A stretch of 58,362 nt of DNA from Luteolibacter sp. (GCA_031419215.1 JANOKL010000408.1:1-58362); one strand, 5' to 3'. Shown: positions 31,351 through 43,120, counted from the stretch's first letter. Numbers and translations are program-made. Notes: generated by a model from the letters alone, not told the origin.

Positions 31351-32349
31351 ATGCGCCCGATTCTTCTTCTAACAGTTTTCACGCTGCCCGCCCTTACTGA
31401 TCCGGTGCCGGTGGCGACGACGGAAAAAGGCACGATCCATCGCTGGGTCACGCTGCCTTCGAAGCTCGAAGCCAACCAGCAGGCGATCCTTCACGCCAAG
31501 GTCGGAGGACATTTGAAAAGCATCTCGGTCGACGTCGGGGATCGCGTGAAAGCCGGTCAGGAACTCGCCGTGCTCGAAGTGCCGGAACTCGAAGCCGACC
31601 GCATCAAGGCCGCGACCGAAGCAGACGTCGCGGGTGCCGAACTGAGCCGTCTTCAAGCGGCACGCGCGAAAGCTCCTGGCCTGGTGCTGGCGCAAACGAT
31701 CGACGAAGCCCAGGGCCGCCAGCGCATCGCCGAGGCCGGCCTGCAACGCACCGAGGTGCTGCTTTCCTACGCCCGCATCACCGCGCCTTTCGAGGGCACC
31801 ATCACCGCCCGCCACGCGGATCCGGGTGCCTTCATTCCCGCCGGTGGCACCACCAGCGAAGGCGCCACCGTCACCATCGCGGACCTATCCGTCCTCCGCG
31901 CCCACGTGCCGGTGCCGGAGCAGGAGGCAGGCTTCATGAAACCCGGGACACTGGCGCGCATCATTCTCAAGGCTGGTGCGCCCCTCATCGAGGCGAAGAT
32001 TTCCCGACATGGTCGCAGCGTGGAATCGCCCAGCGCCACGATGCCCGTCGAGGTCGACGTTCCGAATCCCGACGGCAAGCTCCTCGCCGGCAGCTACGTG
32101 AAGACCCAGCTCGCCGCTGAAACCCACACCGACGCCCTGCTGATCCCGGCCGCCGCCTTGCTGGTGGAAAAGACCAGTTCCTCCGTCTTCCTCGTCCGCG
32201 ATGGCAAGGCGGTGAAGACCAAGGTCACCGCCGGATTCAACGATGGCCAGCGCGCGGAAATCCTTTCCGGCCTCACCGGCGGTGAAACCCTCGTCGTTCT
32301 AACAGGTCTGACCCTGACCGACGGACAGGCCGTCACCGCCGCGAAGTGA
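31351..32349 (+). CDS. RND periplasmic adaptor (membrane fusion protein)
   Basis: Lipoyl-like AKVGG...VDVGDRVKAGQ.L and ITAPFEGTI motifs. Start trimmed to ATG 31351. Confidence 0.92.
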   Translation: MRPILLLTVFTLPALTDPVPVATTEKGTIHRWVTLPSKLEANQQAILHAKVGGHLKSISVDVGDRVKAGQELAVLEVPELEADRIKAATEADVAGAELSRLQAARAKAPGLVLAQTIDEAQGRQRIAEAGLQRTEVLLSYARITAPFEGTITARHADPGAFIPAGGTTSEGATVTIADLSVLRAHVPVPEQEAGFMKPGTLARIILKAGAPLIEAKISRHGRSVESPSATMPVEVDVPNPDGKLLAGSYVKTQLAAETHTDALLIPAAALLVEKTSSSVFLVRDGKAVKTKVTAGFNDGQRAEILSGLTGGETLVVLTGLTLTDGQAVTAAK

Positions 32350-33656
32350 ATTCCACGTCACCCACGATCATGCGCCGACTTTTCCTGCTCGCCCTCGCCA
32401 CTCCCGCCCTGCTGAGCGCCGAGCCATCGACCATCGATCTCGCCACCGCCCTGCGCCTTGGAGGAGCGAACAGCATCGACGTCGAACTCGCCCGCAACAC
32501 CGTCCGCCAGGCCGAGGCCAAACACGCCGAGACGCGGAACAAGTTTTTCCCGTGGATCAGCGTCGGCGCCGGTTACCGCCGTGTCGATGGCAACACCCAG
32601 GACATTGCAGGCAGCATCCTCGATGTTTCGAAGCAGCAGTATCAAGCCGGAGTCGGAGTCGTCGCCGAAGTCCGGATTGGGGAGGCGATCTATCAATCGC
32701 TCGCCAGTCGCCAGCGCAGTGCCGCCGCCGGGCATGCACTGGAATCCGTGCGCCGCAATCTTTCTGCCGAAGTCAGCGCCGCCTACTTCGAACTGCTTCG
32801 CGCCCAGGCTGCGGTGCGCGTAAATGAGCAATCGAAGACACTTTCCTCCGACTACGAAAAGCAGGTGACGGCAGCGGTGACGGCCGGAGTGGCCTTCGAG
32901 GCCGATCAGTATCGCGCCCAGGCCCAGTCGCTGCGGCACGACCTCGCGAGCCGGAAGGCCTTTGAGGAGGTGCAGGTCGCCTCCGCGCGGCTTTGTGAAA
33001 TGCTGCGACTTCCAAACGGCCTCGACCTTCGCGGCGTGGAGGCCGAGCTCGTGCCGCTCGACTACTCCCCGCCCGAAGCCAGCCTTCGCTCGCAAGTCAG
33101 CGACGCGCTCGCGAAACGCCCCGAACTCCGCAGCCGCGAAGCGATGTTGGAAGCCGCACGACTCGACACCGAAGCCACGGTCAAGGGTCCGTTGATTCCC
33201 GACCTTTCCCTGCGTGCGAACACCGGCGGACTCGGCGGCGGTCAGGGGGGGCACACAGGAGATTTCAATGGCTCCTCGGACTTCATGATCGGAGTTGGCT
33301 GGCGCATCGGCCCCGGCGGGCTGTTCGACACGGCACGCACCGCCACGGCGCAGACGATGCAGAATCAGGAGTCGTTGCTGTTGGAAAAGGGCCGGCAGCA
33401 AGTCACCCGTGAAGTGCTGGAAGGCATCGCCCACGTCCGCTCGATTGATGCCCGGCTCGCCCTCACCCGCAAGCTCCTGGAAGCCACGGAAAAGGCCTAC
33501 CAACTTTCCCGCCAGCGCGGAGAAACCCAGGTCGGCGGCGTGCTCGAAACCCTGCGCGCCGAGGAAGACCTGAGCTTCGCCCGCCTCGCTTACTTCGAGC
33601 TCGTCGCCAGCTACAACAAGGCCCAGGCCAATCTGCGCCGCGCCTGCGGAGGTTGA
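32346..33656 (+). CDS. TolC-family outer membrane factor
   Basis: Signal peptide, two OEP-like helical repeats, ALAKRPEL; overlaps the MFP stop codon. Confidence 0.88.
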   Translation: MNSTSPTIMRRLFLLALATPALLSAEPSTIDLATALRLGGANSIDVELARNTVRQAEAKHAETRNKFFPWISVGAGYRRVDGNTQDIAGSILDVSKQQYQAGVGVVAEVRIGEAIYQSLASRQRSAAAGHALESVRRNLSAEVSAAYFELLRAQAAVRVNEQSKTLSSDYEKQVTAAVTAGVAFEADQYRAQAQSLRHDLASRKAFEEVQVASARLCEMLRLPNGLDLRGVEAELVPLDYSPPEASLRSQVSDALAKRPELRSREAMLEAARLDTEATVKGPLIPDLSLRANTGGLGGGQGGHTGDFNGSSDFMIGVGWRIGPGGLFDTARTATAQTMQNQESLLLEKGRQQVTREVLEGIAHVRSIDARLALTRKLLEATEKAYQLSRQRGETQVGGVLETLRAEEDLSFARLAYFELVASYNKAQANLRRACGG

Positions 33657-33702
33657 CTGAAATCCTCTGGTCAGTCCACGAACACCATCGCAGGCTGTCG
33701 GC

Positions 33703-33969
33703 ATGGCTCTTCCTAAATTCCTGATCTGCGACGACGGTGTCGATCGCGCATTCGTCCTCCACACCGGCACTCCCGTCGGGCTCTACGAGTTTGACGAGGA
33801 AGGCAATGGCACCGGCCACTCGATCGCCCCGGAGGACATGCGCGTCTTCATCGAAACGGAAATGGCCGCCGGCCGTGATCCTGCGAAGACCCTCGCCGAC
33901 ATCGTCCACGAAGCCGGTGAGTACTACATCGACGCTCTCGCTGACATCGACGAAGAAGAGGAAGACTGA
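33703..33969 (+). CDS. Small acidic hypothetical protein
   Basis: 88 aa with host-like codon usage; MALPKFLICDD..FVLHT and a DEEEED tail. Confidence 0.7.
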   Translation: MALPKFLICDDGVDRAFVLHTGTPVGLYEFDEEGNGTGHSIAPEDMRVFIETEMAAGRDPAKTLADIVHEAGEYYIDALADIDEEEED

Positions 33970-34089
33970 GTGGTCAGGGGTCAGTGGCCGGGGGTCAGTT
34001 GATGAGATAGGAGATCGGAGATTTCGTCATTCGAGACTTCGGCCTTCGTCATTTCACCGCTGGTCCCTGAATCCTGACCACTGGCCCCT
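33969..34089. repeat. Intergenic heptamer-period array with inverted outer arms
   Basis: AGTGGTC AGGGGTC AGTGGCC GGGGGTC ... GAGATAG GAGATCG ... CTGGTCC CTGAATC CTGACCA CTGGCCC. Confidence 0.8.
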
Positions 34090-34113
34090 AAAATTGAGGA
34101 GTGCCGCCAATGC

Positions 34114-34146
34114 AAAAAGGCCACCGGATCGCTCCGATGGCCTTTT
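34114..34146 (-). terminator. Intrinsic terminator of the atp operon
   Basis: AAAAAGGCCACCGGA-TCGC-TCCGATGGCCTTTT hairpin downstream of atpC. Confidence 0.8.
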
Positions 34147-34167
34147 GAGAACGGTTGAAGCAAGGCT

Positions 34168-34578
34168 TCAATGATGACGGCGCTTCAGCTTGAGCTGGGC
34201 CAGTGACTTGGCGATCACGGCCTGAAGGTGGGCGACCTCTTCGGCGTCGACGCTGTGGTCGACGGACTTGAGGGCCTCTTCGGCGCGCTGGATGGCGGCT
34301 TCGGCCTTGGCCTCGTCGATCTCATCCGAGCCGAGCGCGGAGTCGGTCAAAACGACAACCTTGTGGCCGGTCACTTCCGCGAAGCCGGAGCCGAGCGCAA
34401 GCGTGATGGTCTGCCCACCCTTCTGATAGCGCAGTTCGCCGGGCTTCAGCCCACTGACGAGGGACGCGTGAGCCTCCAGAATGCCGAGCTCACCGTCGGT
34501 GCCGGGGAGGTAGACGTTCTCGACGGTATCCGAGAACACCTTCTTCTCCGGAGTGACGATTTCGAGTTGGAGGGACAT
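34168..34578 (-). CDS. atpC: ATP synthase F1 epsilon subunit
   Basis: LEIVTPEK, GELGIL..HA and GFAEV; operon position. Confidence 0.96.
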   Translation of the reverse strand: MSLQLEIVTPEKKVFSDTVENVYLPGTDGELGILEAHASLVSGLKPGELRYQKGGQTITLALGSGFAEVTGHKVVVLTDSALGSDEIDEAKAEAAIQRAEEALKSVDHSVDAEEVAHLQAVIAKSLAQLKLKRRHH

Positions 34579-34586
34579 TTGGTCGA

Positions 34587-34658
34587 AGTTTTCAGTTGGA
34601 AGTTTTCAGTGTTCAGTTCCAGAGCTTGCTGAAAACTGAACACTTGAACCTTGAAACT
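34587..34658. repeat. Inverted heptamer arrays between atpD and atpC
   Basis: AGTTTTC AGTTGGA AGTTTTC AGTGTTC / CTGAAAA CTGAACA CTTGAAC CTTGAAA. Confidence 0.85.
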
Positions 34659-34665
34659 CTGAGGA

Positions 34666-36227
<1,562 letters not shown>

Positions 36228-36233
36228 TGATCC

Positions 36234-37130
36234 TTACTCCATCGCCTTCATGGCGGTGGTGATTTCGAGAAGCTCGGAGGTGATGGCGGCCTGGCGGAGC
36301 TTGTTGTATTCGAGCGTGAGCTCCTTGATGAACTTCTTCGCGTTGTCGGTGGCGGCCTTCATGGCGACCATTCGCGCGGAGTGCTCGGAGGCGCGGGACT
36401 CGACGAGCATCTGGTAGATCTGGAAGTTGACGTAGAGCGGCAACAAGGTGCCGAGCACTTCGGTCGGGTTCGGCTCGAAGAGATAGTCCTTCGAGAGCGC
36501 GGCGGCCTTGTCGGCCTTGCCGTGATCGCCATTGCCCATGCCTTCATAGGCTTGCTCCTCGCCAAGGCCACCGGCATCGATGGGCAGAAGCTGATGGAGT
36601 GTCGGCTCCTGGGTCAGGGTGTTGATGAAGTTCGCGAAGACGACGCTGATCTTCTCATACTTGCCGTCGAGAAACTGCTTCGTCAGGAACTTGGCGATCG
36701 GACGGGCTTCGGCGAAAGGAACCGGATCCTTCACATCGAAGTCAGCGATCAGATTGCGGCCCATCTTACCAAGAGTGGCGCGGAGCTTGCGGCCCACGGT
36801 CACGAAGTCAGCGGTTGGCGAAACATTCGCGCGAAGCTTTTTGAAGACGTTGGTATTGAGCGCACCGCAAAGGCCCTTGTCGGTCGAGATGACCAGGACG
36901 AGCTCACGGTCGCCGTCGCGCTTCACGAGAAGCGGGTTGGCGTCGTCACCGACGTTCTCCTTGAGGTTGACGAGGACTTCCTTGAGCTGCTTGGCATAAT
37001 CACGCCCGGCGATCGCCTGGTCCTGCGCCTTCTTCATCTTGGCGGCAGCGACAAGCTGCATCGCCCTGGTGATCTGGGCGGTGTTCTTGACCGACTTGAT
37101 GCGTCGGCGGATGTCGCGGAGGTTGGCCAT
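36234..37130 (-). CDS. atpG: ATP synthase F1 gamma subunit
   Basis: IRRRIKSVKNTAQITRAM, DKGLCG and YNKLRQAAIT. Confidence 0.98.
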   Translation of the reverse strand: MANLRDIRRRIKSVKNTAQITRAMQLVAAAKMKKAQDQAIAGRDYAKQLKEVLVNLKENVGDDANPLLVKRDGDRELVLVISTDKGLCGALNTNVFKKLRANVSPTADFVTVGRKLRATLGKMGRNLIADFDVKDPVPFAEARPIAKFLTKQFLDGKYEKISVVFANFINTLTQEPTLHQLLPIDAGGLGEEQAYEGMGNGDHGKADKAAALSKDYLFEPNPTEVLGTLLPLYVNFQIYQMLVESRASEHSARMVAMKAATDNAKKFIKELTLEYNKLRQAAITSELLEITTAMKAME

Positions 37131-37137
37131 GGGTGGA

Positions 37138-37236
37138 AGTCGTGAATCGTTAGTGGTGAATGGTAAATCGTGGAAGCGGTGTGAACGGCAGGAGCGGGTG
37201 ATCTTTACGACTTACCATTCACCATTCACGATTTAC
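37138..37236. repeat. Inverted heptamer arrays between atpA and atpG
   Basis: AGTCGTG AATCGTT AGTGGTG AATGGTA AATCGTG / TACGACT TACCATT CACCATT CACGATT. Confidence 0.85.
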
Positions 37237-37246
37237 CTCTTTGAAC

Positions 37247-38788
37247 TCACTTCCAGGAGGTCTTGAAGTCCTCGATGGCCTGCTTGACGGCGGCGACCAT
37301 GGTGGCGTCCTTCTTGAGGTCCGGTTTTTCGTTGCGGATCTTGTCGAGGAGCTCGGTCTTGCGGCTGTCGAAGTATTCACCGAGGGCAGACTGGAAGCGC
37401 TTCACGTCGGTCACGGCGACATCGTCGAAGTAGCCGTTCTGCATCGCGAAAAGGTAGATACACTCCATCTCCATCGCGAGCGGGGAGTATTGATTCTGCT
37501 TGAAGAGCTCCACGATGCGGGCACCGCGATCGAGCTTCTTCTTGGTCGAGGCATCGAGGTCCGAGCCGAACTGGGCGAAGGCTTGGAGCTCGCGGAACTG
37601 GGCGAGGTCGAGCTTGGTCGTGCCGGCGACGGACTTGATCGTCTTCGTCTGGGCGGCGGAACCCACGCGGGATACCGAGAGACCCACCGAAATGGCAGGA
37701 CGGATGCCCTGATAGAACAGGTCGGTTTCGAGATAGATCTGACCGTCGGTGATCGAGATCACGTTGGTCGGGATGTAGGCGGACACGTCGCCGGCCTGGG
37801 TCTCGATGATCGGAAGCGCGGTGAGCGAACCACCACCGGCCGCTGCGGTGATACGGGCGGAGCGTTCCAGCAACCGGGAGTGGAGGTAGAACACGTCGCC
37901 CGGATAGGCTTCGCGACCGGATGGGCGCTTCAGGATCAGCGACACCTGGCGGAAGGCGACGGCGTGCTTGGAAAGGTCATCGAACACGATGAGGCAGTCC
38001 TGGCCTTCGTCCATGAGGAACTCGGCGATGGCGCAACCGGCATACGGCGCGAGGAACTGCATCGCAGCGGCGTCCGAGGCGGAGGCGGAAACGATCGTGG
38101 TGTATTCCATGGCACCCGCGTCTTCAAGGGTCTTCTGGATACGGGCGACGTTCGAGAGCTTCTGGCCGATGGCGACGTAGATGCAATACATCGGCTTGTG
38201 GTTCTGCAGCTTGCCCTGTTCGGCGGCCTTGTTCTGCTGAGCCTGGGAAATGATGGTGTCGACGGCGATCGTCGTCTTGCCGGTGGCGCGGTCACCGATG
38301 ATGAGCTCGCGCTGGCCGCGGCCGATCGGGATCATGGCGTCGATCGACATGATGCCGGTCTGGACAGGAACGGAAACGGATTTCCGCTTGATGATGCCGG
38401 GAGCGATTTTCTCCATCGGGTAGTAGGCGGAGGCGGCGATGTCGCCCTTGCCGTCGATCGGAGCGCCGAGGGCGTTGACCACGCGGCCAAGAACGGCGCG
38501 GCCGACGGGAATCGAGAGGAGCTTGCCGGTGGTGCTGCACTGGTCGCCTTCCTTGATGGCGTTGTAGCTGCCGAGGAGCACGACTCCGACTTCACCTTCT
38601 TCAAGGTTGAGCGCGATGCCAGTCACACCGCTGTGGAACTCAATCATTTCGTTGAGCATCACGTCGGAGAGGCCTTCCACCTTGGCGACGCCGTCACCGA
38701 CTTCGCGGACGATGCCGACATTGCTCTTGTTGACGGAGGTCGCGACGTTGGCGATTTCCTGTTCCAGTTCCTGAAGGATGCTGCTCAT
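37247..38788 (-). CDS. atpA: ATP synthase F1 alpha subunit
   Basis: [27 protein letters not shown] and [13 protein letters not shown]. Confidence 0.99.
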   Translation of the reverse strand: MSSILQELEQEIANVATSVNKSNVGIVREVGDGVAKVEGLSDVMLNEMIEFHSGVTGIALNLEEGEVGVVLLGSYNAIKEGDQCSTTGKLLSIPVGRAVLGRVVNALGAPIDGKGDIAASAYYPMEKIAPGIIKRKSVSVPVQTGIMSIDAMIPIGRGQRELIIGDRATGKTTIAVDTIISQAQQNKAAEQGKLQNHKPMYCIYVAIGQKLSNVARIQKTLEDAGAMEYTTIVSASASDAAAMQFLAPYAGCAIAEFLMDEGQDCLIVFDDLSKHAVAFRQVSLILKRPSGREAYPGDVFYLHSRLLERSARITAAAGGGSLTALPIIETQAGDVSAYIPTNVISITDGQIYLETDLFYQGIRPAISVGLSVSRVGSAAQTKTIKSVAGTTKLDLAQFRELQAFAQFGSDLDASTKKKLDRGARIVELFKQNQYSPLAMEMECIYLFAMQNGYFDDVAVTDVKRFQSALGEYFDSRKTELLDKIRNEKPDLKKDATMVAAVKQAIEDFKTSWK

Positions 38789-38842
38789 TTGGAAGTAATC
38801 AGTTAGACGTTAGAAGTTTTTAGCGGGGTCGGAAGTACCGGG

Positions 38843-39235
38843 TCAGAAGGCTTGGGCGAGGCGGTCGATGCGGCCCTTCACGGAGCCGTCCCAGACGTCG
38901 TTGCCGACGCGGACCTTGAGGCCACCGAGGAGTTCCGGAGTGACCTTGTAGGAGAAGGAGAGATCGTTGCCATACTTGGCGGCAAGACCGGCGGCCACCC
39001 GTTCGCGGGAGGCGCTGTCGAGTTCCGTGGCGCTTTCGATCAGCACCTGGCGACGCTCGACATCGAGGCGGGTCAGGCGCTTGAGGGACTGGAGGATGCC
39101 GCGGTAGTCGCGGGGCTTTGCCTCGACGATCTTGCGGATCGCGGAGGAGAGCTTGGTTTCATCCAAACGACCGCCGGTCTGGCAGAGCCGGAAAATGCGG
39201 CGTGCGGCGGCGGCGGCGGTCTTTGAGATCTTCAT
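38843..39235 (-). CDS. atpH: ATP synthase delta subunit (short form)
   Basis: PELLGGLKVRVGNDVWDGSV OSCP-type C-terminus; operon position. Confidence 0.92.
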   Translation of the reverse strand: MKISKTAAAAARRIFRLCQTGGRLDETKLSSAIRKIVEAKPRDYRGILQSLKRLTRLDVERRQVLIESATELDSASRERVAAGLAAKYGNDLSFSYKVTPELLGGLKVRVGNDVWDGSVKGRIDRLAQAF

Positions 39236-39259
39236 GGCGCGTCAGGAAAGGGTCGGAAA

Positions 39260-39817
39260 TCAGGCCTCGACCTTGGTGAGGGCCTCGTCGTTGATGCGCT
39301 TCTGGTCGTCGGTGTTGAGGACCTTGCCGGTGACCTGGGCGGTGGTGGCGGTGACCAGACGGCCAAACTCGCGCTTGAGCTCGGCCTTGATCAGGTCGCG
39401 CTCGGCCTTGGCGGCGGCCTCGGCCTTGGCGAGGATCTGCTGGGCGGAGGCGATGGCTTCCTGGGCTTTGCGATCGGAGAGAATGGCGGCGCTTTCCTTG
39501 GCTTCGTTCACCAGGCGCTGGGCTTCCTCATTGGCTTTGGCGATGGCCTCGGCGCTGTTCTTTTCGGAATCGGCCAGCTGCTTCTGGATTCTGACAAGAT
39601 TGGCCTCGCCCTCGGCGATGCGGCTCTTGCGCTGCTCAAGCATGGCCTGGATCGGTCCGAAGGCGAACTTGTAGAGAACTCCGGCAAAAATAAGAAATCC
39701 GATGGTCTGGGAAACAAACAACTGACCCTGCAATCCGAACTGATCTTTGATGGTGGCTCCTGTTTCCTTGAGGCCTTCAAGGACACCAGCACTGGCGAGT
39801 ATGGTCGTGATTTCCAT
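39260..39817 (-). CDS. atpF: ATP synthase Fo b subunit
   Basis: N-terminal TM helix followed by a long charged coiled coil; operon position. Confidence 0.93.
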   Translation of the reverse strand: MEITTILASAGVLEGLKETGATIKDQFGLQGQLFVSQTIGFLIFAGVLYKFAFGPIQAMLEQRKSRIAEGEANLVRIQKQLADSEKNSAEAIAKANEEAQRLVNEAKESAAILSDRKAQEAIASAQQILAKAEAAAKAERDLIKAELKREFGRLVTATTAQVTGKVLNTDDQKRINDEALTKVEA

Positions 39818-39856
39818 GTTAGACGAAGTTGGAGAGGGTAGGAAAGAGAGAGGGAA

Positions 39857-39886
39857 GCTGGAGAAGCGGTCTCCCGCCTCTCCAGC
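39857..39886 (-). promoter_or_regulatory. Stem-loop just after atpE (mRNA stabiliser or partial terminator)
   Basis: Minus strand GCTGGAGAGGCGG-GAGA-CCGCTTCTCCAGC followed by a pyrimidine tract. Confidence 0.55.
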
Positions 39887-39893
39887 AGTGGGC

Positions 39894-40082
39894 TTACTTG
39901 CCCATCAGGATCGTGATGATGAGCGCTCCTTCGGCGAGAGCGGCGCTCAGAAGTGACTGGACCAGCACTTTGCCGGAAGCACCCGGGTTGCGGCCAACAG
40001 CTTCAGCGGCCTTGTAGCCGATGAGTCCGAGGGCGAGGGTGGCTCCGAGAGCGGCGCCAGCAATACCAATGTTACCTGTCAT
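39894..40082 (-). CDS. atpE: ATP synthase Fo c subunit
   Basis: Two hydrophobic helices, GRNP loop and essential Glu in ALAEGA. Confidence 0.93.
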   Translation of the reverse strand: MTGNIGIAGAALGATLALGLIGYKAAEAVGRNPGASGKVLVQSLLSAALAEGALIITILMGK

Positions 40083-40160
40083 GTCTTAGTCGGTTGTTGT
40101 TGTTCAGTGGTTTGGGAGCCCCCGCAGTCTTTGCCACGGTCCGGATCCCAAAAGTGTTCG

Positions 40161-41030
40161 TCAATGGGCGTGCTCCTCGTCGTGCTTGCACATCAAAGCG
40201 GTGAAAACGGCGGTGAGGAGCATGAAAACGAGGGCTTGGATGGCACCCACCATCAACTCAAGGAAGTAGAAAGGAAGCGCGGTGAGCCATCCGAATTTTC
40301 CGCCCATGTTCACCATCATTTCCAGAAGGGACTCGCCGGCGTAAACGTTTCCGAAGAGACGGAAGGTCAATGAGACCGGTCTAATCATGATTGAGATGAC
40401 CTCGAGAAAGCCAACCAGGAAGAAGATGACGAGCAGCAGGAGCTTCATCGGTCCTTTGCCCTCACCCTGGTAGAGGAAGATGTGACTGAGAAAGCCGCCA
40501 ACACCGTTCGACTTGATCGACCATGCAAGCCACAGCACGAAGAAGATGCAGGCCAAGCCAAACGTCATGTTGAGGTCCGCGTTGGCCCCGCGAATCAAGG
40601 GCAACCATCCTTCGTGGCCATGGGAGTCGATGGTGTGCCAGCCAATGGTGCCCACACCAGGAAGGAGCCCCATCCAATTCATCGTCAAGATGAAGAGGAA
40701 GACAGAGCCGAAGAACCAGAACGTGCGCTTGGCAAGGTCATCTCCGAGGATTCCTGCCAGAAATCCCTGAAGGCTCTCGACCACAAACTCGACGAGGTTC
40801 TGCAAACCCGTCGGGATCAGGCTGATCTTCCTCACGGAAAGCTGGGCAATCAAAATCACAACGGCTGCGACCAGCCACATGGCGATCATGGAATTGGTCA
40901 CCTTGAACCATCCAAGGTCGAAAACCACGGGCGCATTCATCGGAAGGCCATGGTGACCTCCGGCCTCGCTCGCATTTGAAGCGAGTGATGCGGCAAGCCA
41001 AGTGGTGGAGATAAGAGCGAGAAAGCGCAT
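40161..41030 (-). CDS. atpB: ATP synthase Fo a subunit
   Basis: RPVSLTFRLFGN and LELMVGAIQALVF. Confidence 0.96.
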   Translation of the reverse strand: MRFLALISTTWLAASLASNASEAGGHHGLPMNAPVVFDLGWFKVTNSMIAMWLVAAVVILIAQLSVRKISLIPTGLQNLVEFVVESLQGFLAGILGDDLAKRTFWFFGSVFLFILTMNWMGLLPGVGTIGWHTIDSHGHEGWLPLIRGANADLNMTFGLACIFFVLWLAWSIKSNGVGGFLSHIFLYQGEGKGPMKLLLLVIFFLVGFLEVISIMIRPVSLTFRLFGNVYAGESLLEMMVNMGGKFGWLTALPFYFLELMVGAIQALVFMLLTAVFTALMCKHDEEHAH

Positions 41031-41166
41031 TCGAAATGGCCGCGCGTGGAAACGGCTGAGCGGTCATAAAGGAGGCCCCGACCGGGGCGCAAGGCCTATT
41101 TGTGAAAAATTTCACAAGCTCCGTAGATGGTTTGATAATGCGTGCCTTGTGGCGGATCGCGCGGCC

Positions 41167-42510
41167 TCAGCGGGTGGCTCGAAACGCCTTCTCCGCCGCT
41201 GCTCCGAAAAGCACCGAATCCCCCTCCAGCCCGGTCGTGGCGTGGAGGCGGAACCCGCAGGCCAGCGCCTGATCCAGCAGCTCCTCCGCCGGCAGGCATT
41301 TCCGCCCAGAGACCTCCTTCAACTGGAACGCCACTGGGCCGATCCCGTGAAAGCCACGGTAAATGACCTCCGTGCAGGCCAGGCGGTCACTGGTCCGGAA
41401 ATCGAAGAGAAAATCGTAGAGTTTCCCTTCATGCTCCATGGCCCGTCCGATCGCCCGGGCGACGTCGGCTTTTTCAAGAGAAGGCCTCAGCACCACGCAG
41501 GCATCCACCGCCAGCGTCTCTTCCGCCGGGCGAAATCGGACCCCGTCCTTTTTGGACTCCAGGAAACGGATCGACCCTTCCGCCCGCGTCTCGATCTCCG
41601 ATGGCAGCACGACTCCGAGGGCGCGACGCTCCTCGGCGCTCCCAAGATAGAGGCTGGCGTGGGGCCAGAAGCCCGGAAGGAAGAGATTGCTCAGCGCGTC
41701 ATCGTGCCGGGTCACACACACATCGCCGGGCTGGAGCGTGGCCAGCAGCTCCTCCCGGAGAGGTGGAGCCAGGCGTTTCGGCGCGCCCGACGGCTTGATT
41801 CCCGGTTGCCGCAGGTCCGCGATTGCCGATCCGCCGACTTCGAACAGGCCGAACATCACCTGCCTCCAGGCCGACCGATGGCGACGACAGAAGGAGAACC
41901 ATCGATAAACGAGATGCCGCCATACCGCCATGCGCTTTCGTCGGTCGATCAATGTCTCCTCTTCGCCAAGCAGCGCCACCACGGGGCCGACGACCGGATC
42001 CTCCGAAAGCCTGCGGATCTGCTTGCGGTGCTCATGATAAAATTCCGCTGCCGCCCGGAACCTCGCCAGCGTCTCCGGCGCGACCGAGGAGCGGTAAAGG
42101 CGCGTGAAGGTCTTTCGCGGTAGCCCGATCCGCAGATCCTCCTCGTCGAGCTTCTTCCACAACACCGGATGCGCAACCGCCAGCTCGGTCAGGAACCGCG
42201 TCGCCCTCACCAACACACACGCCGCCGCGAAGGCCGTGACAAAGGCTGGCAGCCTGCTGATCCAGTCCTTTTCACCTGACCCCGGAGCAAGGGAGATGGG
42301 AACCTCCAGCAACGCGGCGCGGACACCCAAATACTGGAGATACCGTAGTCGGACGGACTCATCCTCATCCGGCAGGAAATACCCGCGCGCCTCTGCCATT
42401 TGAATCTGCTGGAGCTCCGGCCCGATGTCCCCCGCGAGCGGCATCGCACGGACTGCCGCAAGCACGGCGGAAACCGCACGGGCAATCTCCTCGTGACCTC
42501 CATCAGGCAT
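41167..42510 (-). CDS. YiiX/YebB-like permuted NlpC/P60 cysteine hydrolase
   Basis: LQPGDV, PGFWPHASLYLG and YDFLFDF..DRLACTEVI (His before Cys, permuted order). Start uncertain (42510-42561). Confidence 0.8.
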   Translation of the reverse strand: MPDGGHEEIARAVSAVLAAVRAMPLAGDIGPELQQIQMAEARGYFLPDEDESVRLRYLQYLGVRAALLEVPISLAPGSGEKDWISRLPAFVTAFAAACVLVRATRFLTELAVAHPVLWKKLDEEDLRIGLPRKTFTRLYRSSVAPETLARFRAAAEFYHEHRKQIRRLSEDPVVGPVVALLGEEETLIDRRKRMAVWRHLVYRWFSFCRRHRSAWRQVMFGLFEVGGSAIADLRQPGIKPSGAPKRLAPPLREELLATLQPGDVCVTRHDDALSNLFLPGFWPHASLYLGSAEERRALGVVLPSEIETRAEGSIRFLESKKDGVRFRPAEETLAVDACVVLRPSLEKADVARAIGRAMEHEGKLYDFLFDFRTSDRLACTEVIYRGFHGIGPVAFQLKEVSGRKCLPAEELLDQALACGFRLHATTGLEGDSVLFGAAAEKAFRATR

Positions 42511-42724
42511 GGAATCCTTCTCCCTCCATACGCTCCTCAGGTCAATCCCACAGGGCTCCAACAGAATCTAACAGCATGGCCGCTGAACCCTCGGCCCTTG
42601 TAAACAAAGGATCAGCCGGGTTGCTCGGGAGGACAAACGAGCCGGAAGTCAAGCCGCCCGTAGGGATTTTTCGTCAGGATTTCTCTTGCAAAGAATCAAC
42701 GGGGTTCGCACAAACATCCTCGCC

Positions 42725-43003
42725 ATGAACAAAGCTGAACTTGTTGAAGCCATCCAATCCGCCCTCGGAAAAGACGCCACAAAGCGTGCTGCTGAAGAGT
42801 CCCTCGACGCCGTCCTTGCCGCCCTCGTGAAGGGAATCAAGGGCAAGGACAAGAAAGTCCAGATCATCGGATTCGGCACCTTTGAGGTGAAGAAGCGTGC
42901 CGCCCGCCAGGGTCGCAACCCGAAGACCGGCGAGTCCATGAAGATCGCCGCCTCCAAGACGGTCGGATTCAAGGCTTCGTCCACCCTCAAGGCCGCCCTC
43001 TAA
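42725..43003 (+). CDS. hup: HU-family DNA-binding protein
   Basis: MNKAELV, GFGTFEV..RAARQGRNPKTGE. Confidence 0.96.
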   Translation: MNKAELVEAIQSALGKDATKRAAEESLDAVLAALVKGIKGKDKKVQIIGFGTFEVKKRAARQGRNPKTGESMKIAASKTVGFKASSTLKAAL

Positions 43004-43067
43004 GCGGCTGGGCTCCGGTTCACGCCGGAGCCACCTTGAGTGCCTGTCATACAAACCCCAAATGAAC

Positions 43068-43098
43068 GACCCCGGCCTTGCGGCCGGGGTCTTCTTTT
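43068..43098 (+). terminator. Intrinsic terminator after hup
   Basis: GACCCCGGCC-TTGC-GGCCGGGGTC followed by TTCTTTT. Confidence 0.75.
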
Positions 43099-43120
43099 GA
43101 AAATGGGTTGGTCCAGGAAA

